Source: Psammoneis japonica (Eukaryota). From it: a stretch of DNA of 64,000 nucleotides. The stretch covers positions 434,001-498,000 of the forward strand of contig QPGO01000005.1 in NCBI GenBank assembly GCA_008632985.1, given 5' to 3'. Below are positions 34,990 to 46,304 of the stretch, in pieces. Below the pieces are notes generated by a model that did no database searches, was not told the origin of the DNA, and worked only from the letters and a program-made list of their open reading frames with translations. Each line of letters begins with the position of its first letter. Within the stretch, counting starts at the first letter, position 1. The position numbers were made by a program, and so were the translations under genes.

Positions 34990-35516
34990 ATGAAGGATCC
35001 TATCATGACATTGTTGAAGCTCTTTGGTTCCCGGGGAGTCCTTACGGTAAGTCGCTATGAACTCAAGAGGAAGTGATATGCGTGTTCGTTCTGACAACTG
35101 CCGAAAGTGGCGGTATGTTGCAATTTCTCACTCACAATGTTACTCCATTCGCACATCCTGTATTATAGACCACCACGAAGCCCAATTCCTGGGCTATCGT
35201 GGCGCTATGGAGGCGCGCCATGCAACTCAAGGAGGAGGAACAGGAGGAGCAAATCGAGTCGTTTGCGGAGCTGTTGGAGAATTTGTTTGATGCCAAGTCC
35301 ATCCGCCCTGTGGCCGACCCAGAACACGTTCGTTTGCGCATGGACATGGTGCAGGAGTATTATCGAAGCCAAAAGATGGAAAAGATGGAGCAAGTACGTC
35401 GTGAAGAAGCCCATCGTCAGCGTCTAGCATTCCTTGAGCAACGCACACAACAAGTTCTGAATCAACCCAACCTGAATATTCCTGTGGGTGAAGATTATGT
35501 AACCTTGGCTCAGTAG
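34990..35516 (+). CDS. Small hypothetical helical protein
   Basis: Exon 34990-35046 (GTAAGT donor) splices in frame to 35169-35516; divergently transcribed from the Tic22-like gene. Confidence 0.55.
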
Positions 35517-35784
35517 TGTGGTGGCCTTGACCAACGCTTTTCTTCTCTTATACCATTGGAGAACTCCTTGATATGCATTTAAAATTAGGACGAACTTGTT
35601 GAATCTGTACTTGTCTAACCTGTGCTTTATGTCTTTGGTATCTTTGGTCTCTTGCGGTTCGTACTTTAACATGAGTTGCTCTACCAGATCGTCTCATTGT
35701 CGCTCACATAGGTTTGTTCTAATTGCTCGTGTCTTCTTACATGCCATCAAACAACTTTTGCAGATAGAAGCACAAGCTTCCTCT

Positions 35785-36519
35785 TTACCAGAATCCCTTT
35801 ATGCGGGGCTTTGAACCCTGTCGATAGTACATTCCCGAGTCTTTGTCCATGTAAAAGATTTCTCCGTTTTCATAAATGCGATCTCCGTACTTTTTGTCGG
35901 TACGAAACTTGAGATCGGCTGGCAATTCCTCCTCTGTGTACGGATCGTCATAGTATGGATCATAATCTACTCCATACTCTCGTTCAAACTGAGCAATTTC
36001 TTCATCTGACATTGCAAATTCCGTAGGCGCACGACGAGAAGAATAACCCTCTTCTTCTTCGTCTTCTTCTTCTCGCTCGCCAATGGCAACTTTTTTTCGC
36101 TGTCGTCGTTCCTCCATGGCTTCGGGTCCATAGGCAGACCATTCGTTTTCGGCTTCTTGTTTTAGGAGATCCAATTCCATCAGGGTCGGATCGGCCGCTA
36201 GCTTGCGTTCCCGTGATTCCGTCAAGCGCTGTTCCCATGCCAGCTCTTCCATACGAGACCGATGAACGTTGCGCATGACGGAAAGCATAAAACCGGTAAC
36301 TCCAAACGAGACCGCAAAGAAATTATCGGGAACATCCAGCAGAGCCATTTGAAGAGACGATTTAGATTTATGATTTGAGTTGGAAATTGGCGGCTTTGTT
36401 GTAAAGGGTGTCGGATTCAGAAACGACGATTTCGTGGTGCCACGTTGAGGCAGAAAAGCATCAGACGTTTCCATAGACATGAGTAGGGCCAAGCCCACAA
36501 ACATGCCGGAAAAATTCAT
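35785..36519 (-). CDS. Plastid-targeted protein of unknown function (one TM, acidic/Tyr-rich C-terminus)
   Basis: 244-aa ORF with signal peptide + SDAF motif, one TM segment and a YDPYYDDPY motif. Confidence 0.7.
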   Translation of the reverse strand: MNFSGMFVGLALLMSMETSDAFLPQRGTTKSSFLNPTPFTTKPPISNSNHKSKSSLQMALLDVPDNFFAVSFGVTGFMLSVMRNVHRSRMEELAWEQRLTESRERKLAADPTLMELDLLKQEAENEWSAYGPEAMEERRQRKKVAIGEREEEDEEEEGYSSRRAPTEFAMSDEEIAQFEREYGVDYDPYYDDPYTEEELPADLKFRTDKKYGDRIYENGEIFYMDKDSGMYYRQGSKPRIKGFW

Positions 36520-37031
36520 AGTTTGAATTTCTCAACTGAATCAGATATTACGAATTTGTGCTTTTATCACCCTCTCCTAGAGAGAGCTTGTGGTAACGTT
36601 AGCAGCAGCAGCAAACAGCTGTTTGCTTGGTGGGCTCACTTCACATCACACAACATCTTGATCTTTCTCGATCTTTGATCTTTGGTTGGCGCGCTTTTGT
36701 TGAGCTCAAAACCTGATGTTTCTTGTGGCGGATGGTCGTGGCGGCTCAGGACCCGATCACCACACTTCAAGTTGATGCGTCACGGCCTACGTGATTATTA
36801 GTACAATTTCTACGCGAAAAATGGCGCGCTCATGGCCTCATTCATTCATCGCGCATTATCTTTTTTCTGATTTCGCGAACAACGAACAACATCAACATAC
36901 CAATCTGCTTCTTGGTTGCTCGTCTATTTCAGACGCGAGGTTTATTTCGAGACAGGCACAACCGTCAGTGCTTACTCCACTTATTCAGTACACAACAAAA
37001 GTGACAACCGAAATTTGTACTACTTGGAAAA

Positions 37032-39102
37032 ATGAGAATTGTGTGGACCGCCTCCGTGGCGGCAGCTCTCCTTTCGGCAAGCACATCGTCCGCGTTTGTA
37101 GTGCCTGCTTCCAGTGGCATTCAGAGAGTATCATCGACTACTCCTACAATCTGGGGAGGATTGTCAAAGCACTCGTCTTCTCTTCAATCCTCTTCCTCCA
37201 GCGGTGACGATGCGATTGCAGCGTTGTACCAACGCAAGTCCCGTCCCGAGTATATTCCGGGCAAAATTTCGGATCCCGATTACGTTCGCATCTTTGACAC
37301 GACCCTTCGCGACGGAGAACAGTCTCCCGGAGCGACCCTCACGTCGTCAGAAAAGCTGGAGATTGCCCGTATGCTGGCCAAGCTCGGTGTGGATATTATC
37401 GAGGCGGGCTTTCCGATTGCCTCGCCAGACGACTTTAATGCTGTCAAGCAGATTGCAGACGTGGTAGGCAACGAAGTGTTTGACGATGGATATGTTCCAG
37501 TTATTTGTGGCTTGAGTCGGGCCAATCCAAAGGATATTGAGCGGGCGTGGGATGCTGTCAAGGGTGCAAAGCTACCACGAGTTCATACCTTTATCGCAAC
37601 GTCCAAAATCCACATGGAAACGAAATTGCACAAGACTCCAGATGAGGTTGTAGAGATTGCCGTCAATGCCGTTTCGTTTGCCAAATCCTTGGGATGCAGC
37701 GATATTGAGTTCTCGCCCGAGGATGCCGGACGGTCTGATCCAGAGTTCTTGTACAGAATCTTGTCGGAGGTAATCAAAGCTGGAGCCACAACTCTCAACA
37801 TTCCTGATACGACTGGCTGGAACATGCCTTGGGAGTTTGGTCAACTCATAAGAAGCTTCGAGAAAATGTCGAGGGAGCCGAAAATGTGGTGTTTTCCACT
37901 CATTGTCAAAACGATTTGGGATTGGCTACGGCGAATTCTCTTGCGGGTGCCCTCAATGGAGCGAGGCAGTTGGAATGTACCATTAACGGTATTGGTGAGC
38001 GTGCCGGTAACGCATCGTTGGAGGAAGTTGTCATGAGTTTAGCTCTCAAGGGAGAGACGCATTTTGAGGGTGGACCCGGCACGGGCAAGCTTTATACGGC
38101 TATCAATCCGGTTCACATTTCACCGACTTCCAAGATGGTTTCCGAGTACACGGGTATGCAGTGCCAACCTCACAAGGCCATTGTCGGTGCCAATGCCTTC
38201 AAGCACGAATCTGGTATTCATCAGGACGGAATGATCAAAAACAAGAATACGTACGAAATCATGACACCGGAATCGATTGGTTTGATGCGTGGTGACAAGG
38301 AGAGTGGAGCAGGCATTGTCTTGGGCAAGCACTCGGGACGCAATGCGGTTGGAACACGTCTTCGTGAATTGGGTTACGAGTTGGAACCCGACGCGTTGAA
38401 TGCGGTCTTTGCGCGATTCAAACAAGTGGCAGAACGAAAAAAGGGTGGACTGGAGGATGAAGATTTGGAAGCCCTGGTCAGTGACGAGGCTGGACGGGCC
38501 AACAATTTATGGGAACTTACAGGACTCCAGTGCTCTACGGGCATGTCTGGAATCCCCACGGCGACTGTCAAGATGCGAGGGCCCGATGGACTCGAGCGTT
38601 ATGTTGCCGCCACGGGCACCGGACCGGTTGATGCTGTTTACAAGGCCATTGACCAAATAATGGGAGTGAGTGTTGAACTTGAAACCTACAAGCTCGAGTC
38701 AGTCACGGAGGGTATTGAGGTGAGTTGATAATCAAGAGGACGAATCGTGCAGCTCAAATCAGCTCGACAGCTATCTTATTTCTCCTATCTGTGTCGTCGC
38801 TTTGACAGGCCTTGGCAACCACCCGGGTAGGCATCAAGGCAAAGACAGGTGGTCCGAATGATTCTCAGTCGCTTCATGCACAGTTGGGAGTTGTTCGTGA
38901 CCGCATGTTCTCCGGTGTGGGGTCTGATACTGACATTGTCACATCCTCGGGGCGTGCGTACACTGCTGCCATTAACAAGCTCTTGTTATGGAATTTGAGA
39001 CGAAGTGAACAAGGAAACGATGGCGAAAAGAACGCGAATGGTACAGTTGGGGATGCAACCCCAGTAGTGAATGACGAAGTTACCACAGTAGCAGCCGCGT
39101 AG
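37032..39102 (+). CDS. leuA: 2-isopropylmalate synthase, plastid-targeted (apparent 1-nt frameshift at ~37850)
   Basis: Motifs [60 protein letters not shown] and GKHSGR, plus the C-terminal regulatory domain. Intron 38720-38808; SSAF presequence. Confidence 0.93.
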
Positions 39103-42100
39103 ACTATTGCGCATGTCATGGACCGAGAAGGAATGGCAAGTAATAGAGAAATGGCATTGGAATTCAGAATTATTTACTCTTTCTCACATGGTAGCTAGAC
39201 GTAGTAACGCGGTCCTTTTCACAGTGCTGCCTCTTAGCTGCTGCTCCTCTTATTCATCCCATTTAAAACGACATAAAGTCTAATAATTACTTTGTTTCAG
39301 ACGAACTGGTGATGGGAGCAAACAGCATCAGCACAAAAAAGGATCAAAAATCACGTTGCACTCTACTGTGAATGTAAGCAGATTTATCTTCTCTCACACA
39401 TCTTCGTCCATTGATTTACAAATCTGCGTAATTGGCAGCTTGGCAAATTCTGAGTTTCCACCAAAAATCCACAGCAGCCATCAACAACAGCAACCATGAG
39501 CTTCTGGCTCTGTCCCAGTGGCTGCATGCCCTTGTCCCCAAGTGCCTCCCTGATCCACAACCAGGACTGGTGTTTTACGACAGAGAGGTTGACAGCTGTC
39601 CAGCAGTGTGTTGTCTGGCAGTGCAGTGTGCATGACAGATGACAGACCAGGATGGAAAGGCACATCAGATGGGCAGCAGGACACAGCTGGAGTTGTTGCA
39701 ATGGCACAGCAAGCAAACTGTTGAGTTTTTTTTTCAGTGGCAAAAAAGCTGGTCAGCCAGGGATCTGGTGACCAAGAGGAGGGAGAGGCTTGGAAAGCCT
39801 GCTCTGGGAGGGGGGGCAGACACATGGCATGTCACACCAAATTGGTTGGATGATGAGGTTTTGGTCCATGCCACAGTGGCTGCTGGGAAGACATCACATG
39901 GAGGGCACTTTGCACTGGAAAAGGTGGCATGCAGCACAGCATGGGAATGCTGGGAACAAGTCCAGCAATCCCAAGGTAGCATGGGCACCAGGTGCCATTG
40001 GTTGCTGAAAAGGAGTCAGTGCACAAAATGTCCAGGAGACAAACTTCATTTCAAAATCTGTCTCCTCTTCATTGTTGCCGCACTCACACACAAAAACAAA
40101 TGACATGTGTTGTTCAGGCTTGTGGGCTGCATTTTGATCCATGCAGTCACATCGTCCCTTTCTCATTTTCTTGAAGCCAGCTGCTAAAAGATGCCATCAA
40201 CATCAACAGCAATGTCAATGAACCCTTTCAACTGCCTGTTAATTGCCTGCAGAGCTTGACTGGAAGTGTCATTGTGACACACAAAGAAAGGTCCAGAGGG
40301 AGTGCATGTCCTGGCATCTCATGAGAAACTCACCCCAGTGCACAGGTTGCAATCAACATGGCATCTCACATGACTCACCGTGAAATGAGACATGCCATGT
40401 GCAGCAAAGCAAGCACAGTGCTGTGCAGCAATGACCAAACTTGGTGAAAGGCAGCCCAGTTTTAGCATCTGCAGTTTCTCTTCCAGGGTGGCATTGGCAG
40501 TTAGATTGGTGCCAAGGCTCAAAATTGCAGCACTCAATGAACAAGAAAACAAAGTGCCGAGCATTTGCTGGGAAGGCCTCAAGGGGACCCCCACAAGTCT
40601 GTGCTTCCATTCAATGGAGCAACTTTTTTGAGTTGCAGAAAGTGTTTTTCAACAAAACCCTGACCCTGAACAACAGCAACAACAGTGACAACAGTGAAAA
40701 GAAGAAAGGAAAAATGGCTGAGAGACGAGAGATGAAAAATTGCACATGCCAATGCGCCAATCAAAATCCAAACAAACAGGAAGTCAGTTCGAAGACACCT
40801 GCGTTCCAAATGTCTTTGGTGGGCAGGGCCTGGAGAGATCGAGGCCTGGAGTGTTCTTCCGCAAACCGCAACCAACAGTGTGCCAAAAGTTGGCCATTCT
40901 CCAGGGCAACGAGACTGTCAACATGTGCGTGAACAAACCAGTGAGCACTTGAACAGAGCAATTGCACCAAAAATTTCGAGGTTCACAATCCGTACGATGC
41001 TCACACATTGCCACCCTGCAAGCCAAAATAAAAAGCATGCGCCATCGGCAATCACCAGAAAAAGCGCAACTCGAAAGAAGCATTCATCGATCCATCGGAG
41101 AATGTGGTCCTGTCCAATTTCTCTGTGCATTTGCGGTGGATCCATGGCTCGAATGCAAGCCGATCGCGATTGCGTCAGCTCCGGATCCTCTGATGACGGC
41201 GACTCGACAAATGCATCTGCTTCACTCTGCATTCTTCTCAGTTGACTCTCACTCCAGAGAGTCTCGATTTCTTCTTCTCTTCAGATAAATGTTCCGTTTT
41301 TCTATCTTCAATCTGTGTTCACTTGGACCTTCATCATCATCTGATTCTGTGCTCTTCAACATCAAATTTGCTGTGGGGGACGATGGCGATTTTCAAATTT
41401 GGATTTCCAGCTGGATTTGGAAATTTGAAGATTTTTCCGTCAGTCAGTCGCTCGGCAAGTCTTTTGCATTTTCGACGGTCACCGTAAAGTGCACGCAGGA
41501 ATCAGCAGTGTTTTTGAAAGTGCCGAGTTCCCACGAATCTTCTACATACGAAACCACTGTAATGACTCTACGAGGATACACAAAAATGACAGTGATTGAG
41601 AAATTTAGCAACGGTCATGAGACAAACAAAAGCCTCTTTCTTTCGCGCTCGTTTTCGATCACAACTCGTCATTTGCGGCACGATGTGTTTGTTGTTCGCC
41701 AAGCCGGAATGCAGCGACACCCAAGGATGGCTCGCCCTTCCTCTGGTTCTAATTGCTTTCTCTTGTTTGGTGTTCCACAGCATGTTTTGCTTGCGCGAAG
41801 TGTTGTCTCTCTTTTCAACTCGTCGTCTCGCACGATGTGTTGTTGTTTGCCAAGCCTGAATGCCGTTGTCGCCAAGGATGGCTCGCCCTTCCTCTGGATT
41901 GAGACCTTGCATTTGTTTGGCATTCCACAACTCATTTTGCTTGATGGCGTGTTGTCTCAAATGGCAGCGCAGGTGTTGCCAGTTAAGTCCGGAGGTCGGG
42001 GCAAATTGAGTGCGTGTCTCCGGCCTGGAGTCCATGTTACTCTCGTGTCTTTGACCGCAGGAAGTTGCCTGTTCGCTTGACCCGTCAGGTCACGGCTGTT

Positions 42101-43429
42101 GAAACAGACAGCAGCGTTCGTCTGTAAAGCAGCAAGAGCTCGCCGTGCAGATCATGCCGTTGACGGAACGCAGGGTTTGGGGTTCCGTCGCACCAGTGAC
42201 GTGGTGCGGTAAGTCTTCACTCGCAGGGAGTGTTGATTTAGCACGCGGTTGATTCGCAAGTTCTCTTGTTGTCTCCGCAGTGCGTCCCCCCTTTTTCTTT
42301 TTTTTGGGATGGTTTTCCACCCCGAAAATAGGAAAAAGCTTGAGCTCCATCTTTTGATGGAGCTCTTGAGGCAATGTTATCCCACGCGACCGATTTCTGT
42401 CAACTTTTGACATTGGCGTGTCTCAATTTTATTGAAACACTCTTTGAACCTTTACAACAGAAGCAGAAAAACTAAAAGCACCAGACAGTGTTCCCTCATT
42501 TGCGTGTGAGTCATTCCGCATGCATGTCAATGGACTGCGATGACGGTCGCAGCGCTTGCGATGTCGTTGCACATTGTGTTGTCGTTGTTTCTGCTCCAGC
42601 ACTACACCGCTCTCTCCTCTTTCTTTCAGATGGGGTGCACGCTGGGGTGTTCGTTATGGCATGCCCCAAGGCTTGTCATCGACATGTGCTGGATTATTGC
42701 GACGCTGATCGCCCGCTTGTCTGGGGGCCATTCGAGCCATCTCCATTACAAAGTGGCTCGCTACGACACTCTCTACCAGACAAAAACAAAATGTTCGAAA
42801 TTCGCGAGCGTTTTGGGTTATGCTCGAGAATGACGGCATTAGAGAAAACAAATCTAGACACAGCGTTATGTGATGCACCAAACTGAAAACAGTCTAATGG
42901 AGTTACGCAAACGTCGTGTACACGCCGATTTCTAGTTCCAATGGATGTCGCTGTTGCTCAACGCCAACCAGAGCCATTTCCGATGCCGGCACCACAACTG
43001 AGTTCTTGTCGAATGGCACGCCAACCCGCTTTCGGAAGAGATGGTGGGCGATTCACAGATTCAGCTCGTTGGGGTGATCCATCAAAGAAAGAAGGATGGA
43101 ACTCTTTCAATTCACCAAAATAGAAACGAGTTGACAGCTCTTCTGAACCACTCTTTTGGCTGCTCATAGAGATGCTACGAGAGCGACGGCCGGTGCTGCT
43201 CATGTCCAGGTGCCTTGAACACCGGTGCCGCCCATTCCAGTCCAATGCGACAACATTCTGACTACATCTGTAAAGAGGTGGCTAGCCGCATGTCCAACGA
43301 AGAGTGGCCACCAAAAAGGCCCTCCAACCATGCCAGTGTCCAAGCTAAGGCCGGCAACGATGATTTTTGCAAAGTTGTGTAAGCCGCACAGCCAACCCTG
43401 AACCGTGCTTCAATCGCAGCCGCATCTCA

Positions 43430-44950
43430 AACAATGGCCAAAGGCAATGAGATCAGCGGTTGGCTCCCTTCTTCTCCAAGCACAGGAAGCGGTGTTCTGC
43501 CCTTGTCGATGAGGGTCTGAAATTGGGCTTCTCCCAAAAAGAGTGCATGCGGGACAAACATGCTCGTAACGTCCGTGAAGAAACAGGCCAGTGTCCCAGC
43601 TACGGCAGCTCGAGCTGGTTCATGCCGAATGCCACACATTCGCAACAGTCTGCTGGATGTTTTCCGCATCATTTCCGAGAGACTCAAGCTCTCGTTTCCC
43701 ACCCTTTGAGTGAGAAGTGAGCTAGAACGCATCAAGGGTTGGTCTTGCGAAAGGAGTCGTCTTCGAGCCCGGCGTTTCCATTCTCAACGTCTCCGACAAT
43801 GTCTGTCTTTTTGTTCTCCTCCTCGTCCTCCTCCTGCTCGATCTCGTCCGCGTGTGTGACATGAAGCCAACCATTCACAGACTTTGACTTTCTTGATGGC
43901 ATCGCAGCAAATCACACCAAGAACAGCACCGACGAGGCCGCAAACAATGGCAATGTAAAAGATGGGGCTGGGCATCGCCGTGGCAAGAAATTCGTAGTTG
44001 CAGCAAGCCTGTAACACCATTCCTCAGAATCACGCGGTTTACCAAAACGGGGACAATGGACGCAATGCTTTCGAATGAAGGTGCTTTAGAGAGCTGCAAG
44101 CCCATTCGATGGGGTGCTTCTAGCACAAAAAGTGCCTCCGCAATGGGAAGTCCGAAGAAGCCAGCTGCTGCCGCCAACGCAGACGTCAAGTTCATGGCTC
44201 TTGCAGACAAGACTGAATGTTGGGTCACGACACCCAAGCAGGAGCCAATCATGCCACCAGTCAGAATTAGGGGAAGCTCGGGTCCCAAGGATAGACCAGG
44301 CGCCAGTCCGACAGTCAACAAAACAAGAGATTGACAAAGGCATCAGAGCCCTGAACCCCCTGGAATTCAGCGACTTGACACATTCAATTTGCCCCGGAAT
44401 GGCTTTCGGACCGGCAAAACGACAAGATTTAAGACAGAATCTGCAACATGATGCGAGCAAGAGGCAGACGGTTAGATGGACCAAACAGAACAAACAAAAT
44501 TGCAACCCACTGATGTGAAGCAAGACTTGCCCCGCCAGAAATGGATGGGCAAAGCCAAATGTAGTGAGAAGAGGGAATGCCCATCCAAGTCGGTAAAGAC
44601 TCCCATCATGTGCAGCAGCTCAGAAACAGTCTTTCACATGAACTTCACACGAAATTTAATGACATTCTTCCACAAGGCAGTGCAGACTCCAAAAGCGATT
44701 CCTAAATTCAATGCCCACACCAATTGCTGCAGCGAGGTGACCCCGGGGTCTTCGGGGGTTAAAGAGGAAGTATCTCGCCATACGACACGCAAGGCTGGGT
44801 GGATCGACGCAACACATGGACCCGTCCTCGTTTGTCACAAGAACTGTTTCTACCCACGGAAGCAGGGTAAGAACAAATTTGATGCGATTCCAACAAATCA
44901 GGGAACACAAATTGCCGTCATCACTTGTCTTCCGATTGCTGCAGTCATGC
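43430..44950 (-). pseudogene. CLC voltage-gated chloride channel/antiporter pseudogene
   Basis: GLSLGPELPLILTGGMIGS, AAAAGFFGLPIAEALFVLEAPHRMGLQ, AAVAGTLACF and upstream GIAFGVCTALW...GVFTDLDG lie in different frames, with stops and frameshifts. Confidence 0.75.
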
Positions 44951-45726
44951 GTCCTCATTGGCAGATGAATCACATGACAATTCCTCAATCAGTGGCATGA
45001 TTGAGCCACCAATGTTGTGAATCGATGGTGGCGTGGGTGGGGTCACAGCTGGTGGTGCAGGGTTGGCGAGGGCATTGGTTGATTCTTGAAGGGCAATGGA
45101 GGAGAAGCGTGCAACGTCAGCTTGTTGCGGTTTTGCTTTTGGTCAACAGGGAAGTTTGAAGAACCAAGTGGTGGAGCAGTCAGGACAGCACCGTAGTCAC
45201 CTTGGGCAACTCCAAATCCTCCAGAATTTGGTTTCAAACAGAGAGACTTCCCGACTCATGTGAGCATTAGGCAGCGCTCCTATCCTGGCAGCAGAGGCAT
45301 CCCGGCACTCTGAATTGTCCGTCACGACGACAGATCTGAATCCATGTCGTCATCCGAGCACTGAAGAGAGTCTTCTTGCAAGACTTTCCCAGTGCCTTTT
45401 GTTGCATGAAGGTCATGGGCGACACAGCAGATGGCAATCCACCACGGATCCAAGTCATGGACGTGCTTGTCGCCTTCGCTGAGCAACCCACTTGACTGAC
45501 GTTCAGCCAATTTTGTCAGAGGCGGTGCCTGTGGTGGATGCGCATTGGTTGGGCTGGATGGTGAGCGGATTGACACGCATGTCAACCATCGGGGATGACA
45601 ATTTATGGTTGGCTCCAAACACATCCTTTTCCAACATCATGTCATCCTGATGCACAGACAACAGCCAGAGAATCCATGTCGCCTGAGTCCATTCCAACAA
45701 GCTTTTATGGAAAGGGGACACATCCA

Positions 45727-46304
45727 ACTCAGAACACTGCACACTGCCTGGCGAGTGCGGGAGGTTCTCAACAACCCAAGAGGCAAAGAAATCACCACTC
45801 GGCTAATTGTTGAGTCCCTTCTCCGCACACACATTTGGGCATGTGTTGTGCACAGCATCATCACACAGCATTTGTCCAACTCTCCCTCTCGTCGCAGGAT
45901 GGGTTGTCGCCATGTGGCGCATCCGCACGGCGGACTTACGAAATTTTGACCATGCACTCCCCTCTGTTGGGCAGGCGGATGGGTCAGCGCCATGTGGCGC
46001 ATCCGGCCAACACCAAGGGAGGAGTGGGTTCGAAGCCCAACCGCCCACCCCGGATGGGGCAGAAAAGGGGCAGGCCGAGAAAGAAAAGGAGGCTTGGATT
46101 TGAGGCCGACTCGAACCAGCGACCTCAGGAAGCGTAAAGACTCATAACCACTCAGAATGCTGTACACTGCCTGACGAGTGCGGGAGGTTCTCAACAACCC
46201 AAGAGGCAAAGAAATTGCCACTCGGCCAATTGTTGAGTCCCCTTCTCCGCACACACATTTAGGCATGTGTTGTGCACAGCATCATCACACAGCATTTGTC
46301 CAAC
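45727..46304 (-). mobile_element. TRIM-like miniature LTR retroelement (578 bp)
   Basis: Direct repeats 45727-45880 and 46150-46304, with CATCCA on both flanks (45721-45726 and 46305-46310). Polypurine tract GAGAGGGAGA (minus) abuts the left LTR; GGTTATGAG (minus) abuts the right LTR. Confidence 0.85.

Noticed and set aside
41721..41897. 26-nt direct repeat (PEEGRAILG on the minus strand) 151 nt apart
   Set aside because: The repeat is real but lies in different frames within decayed sequence; no function is assignable.
46120..46150. tRNA-Met gene
   Set aside because: Only a short tRNA-like fragment with no cloverleaf; better explained as a primer-binding site.
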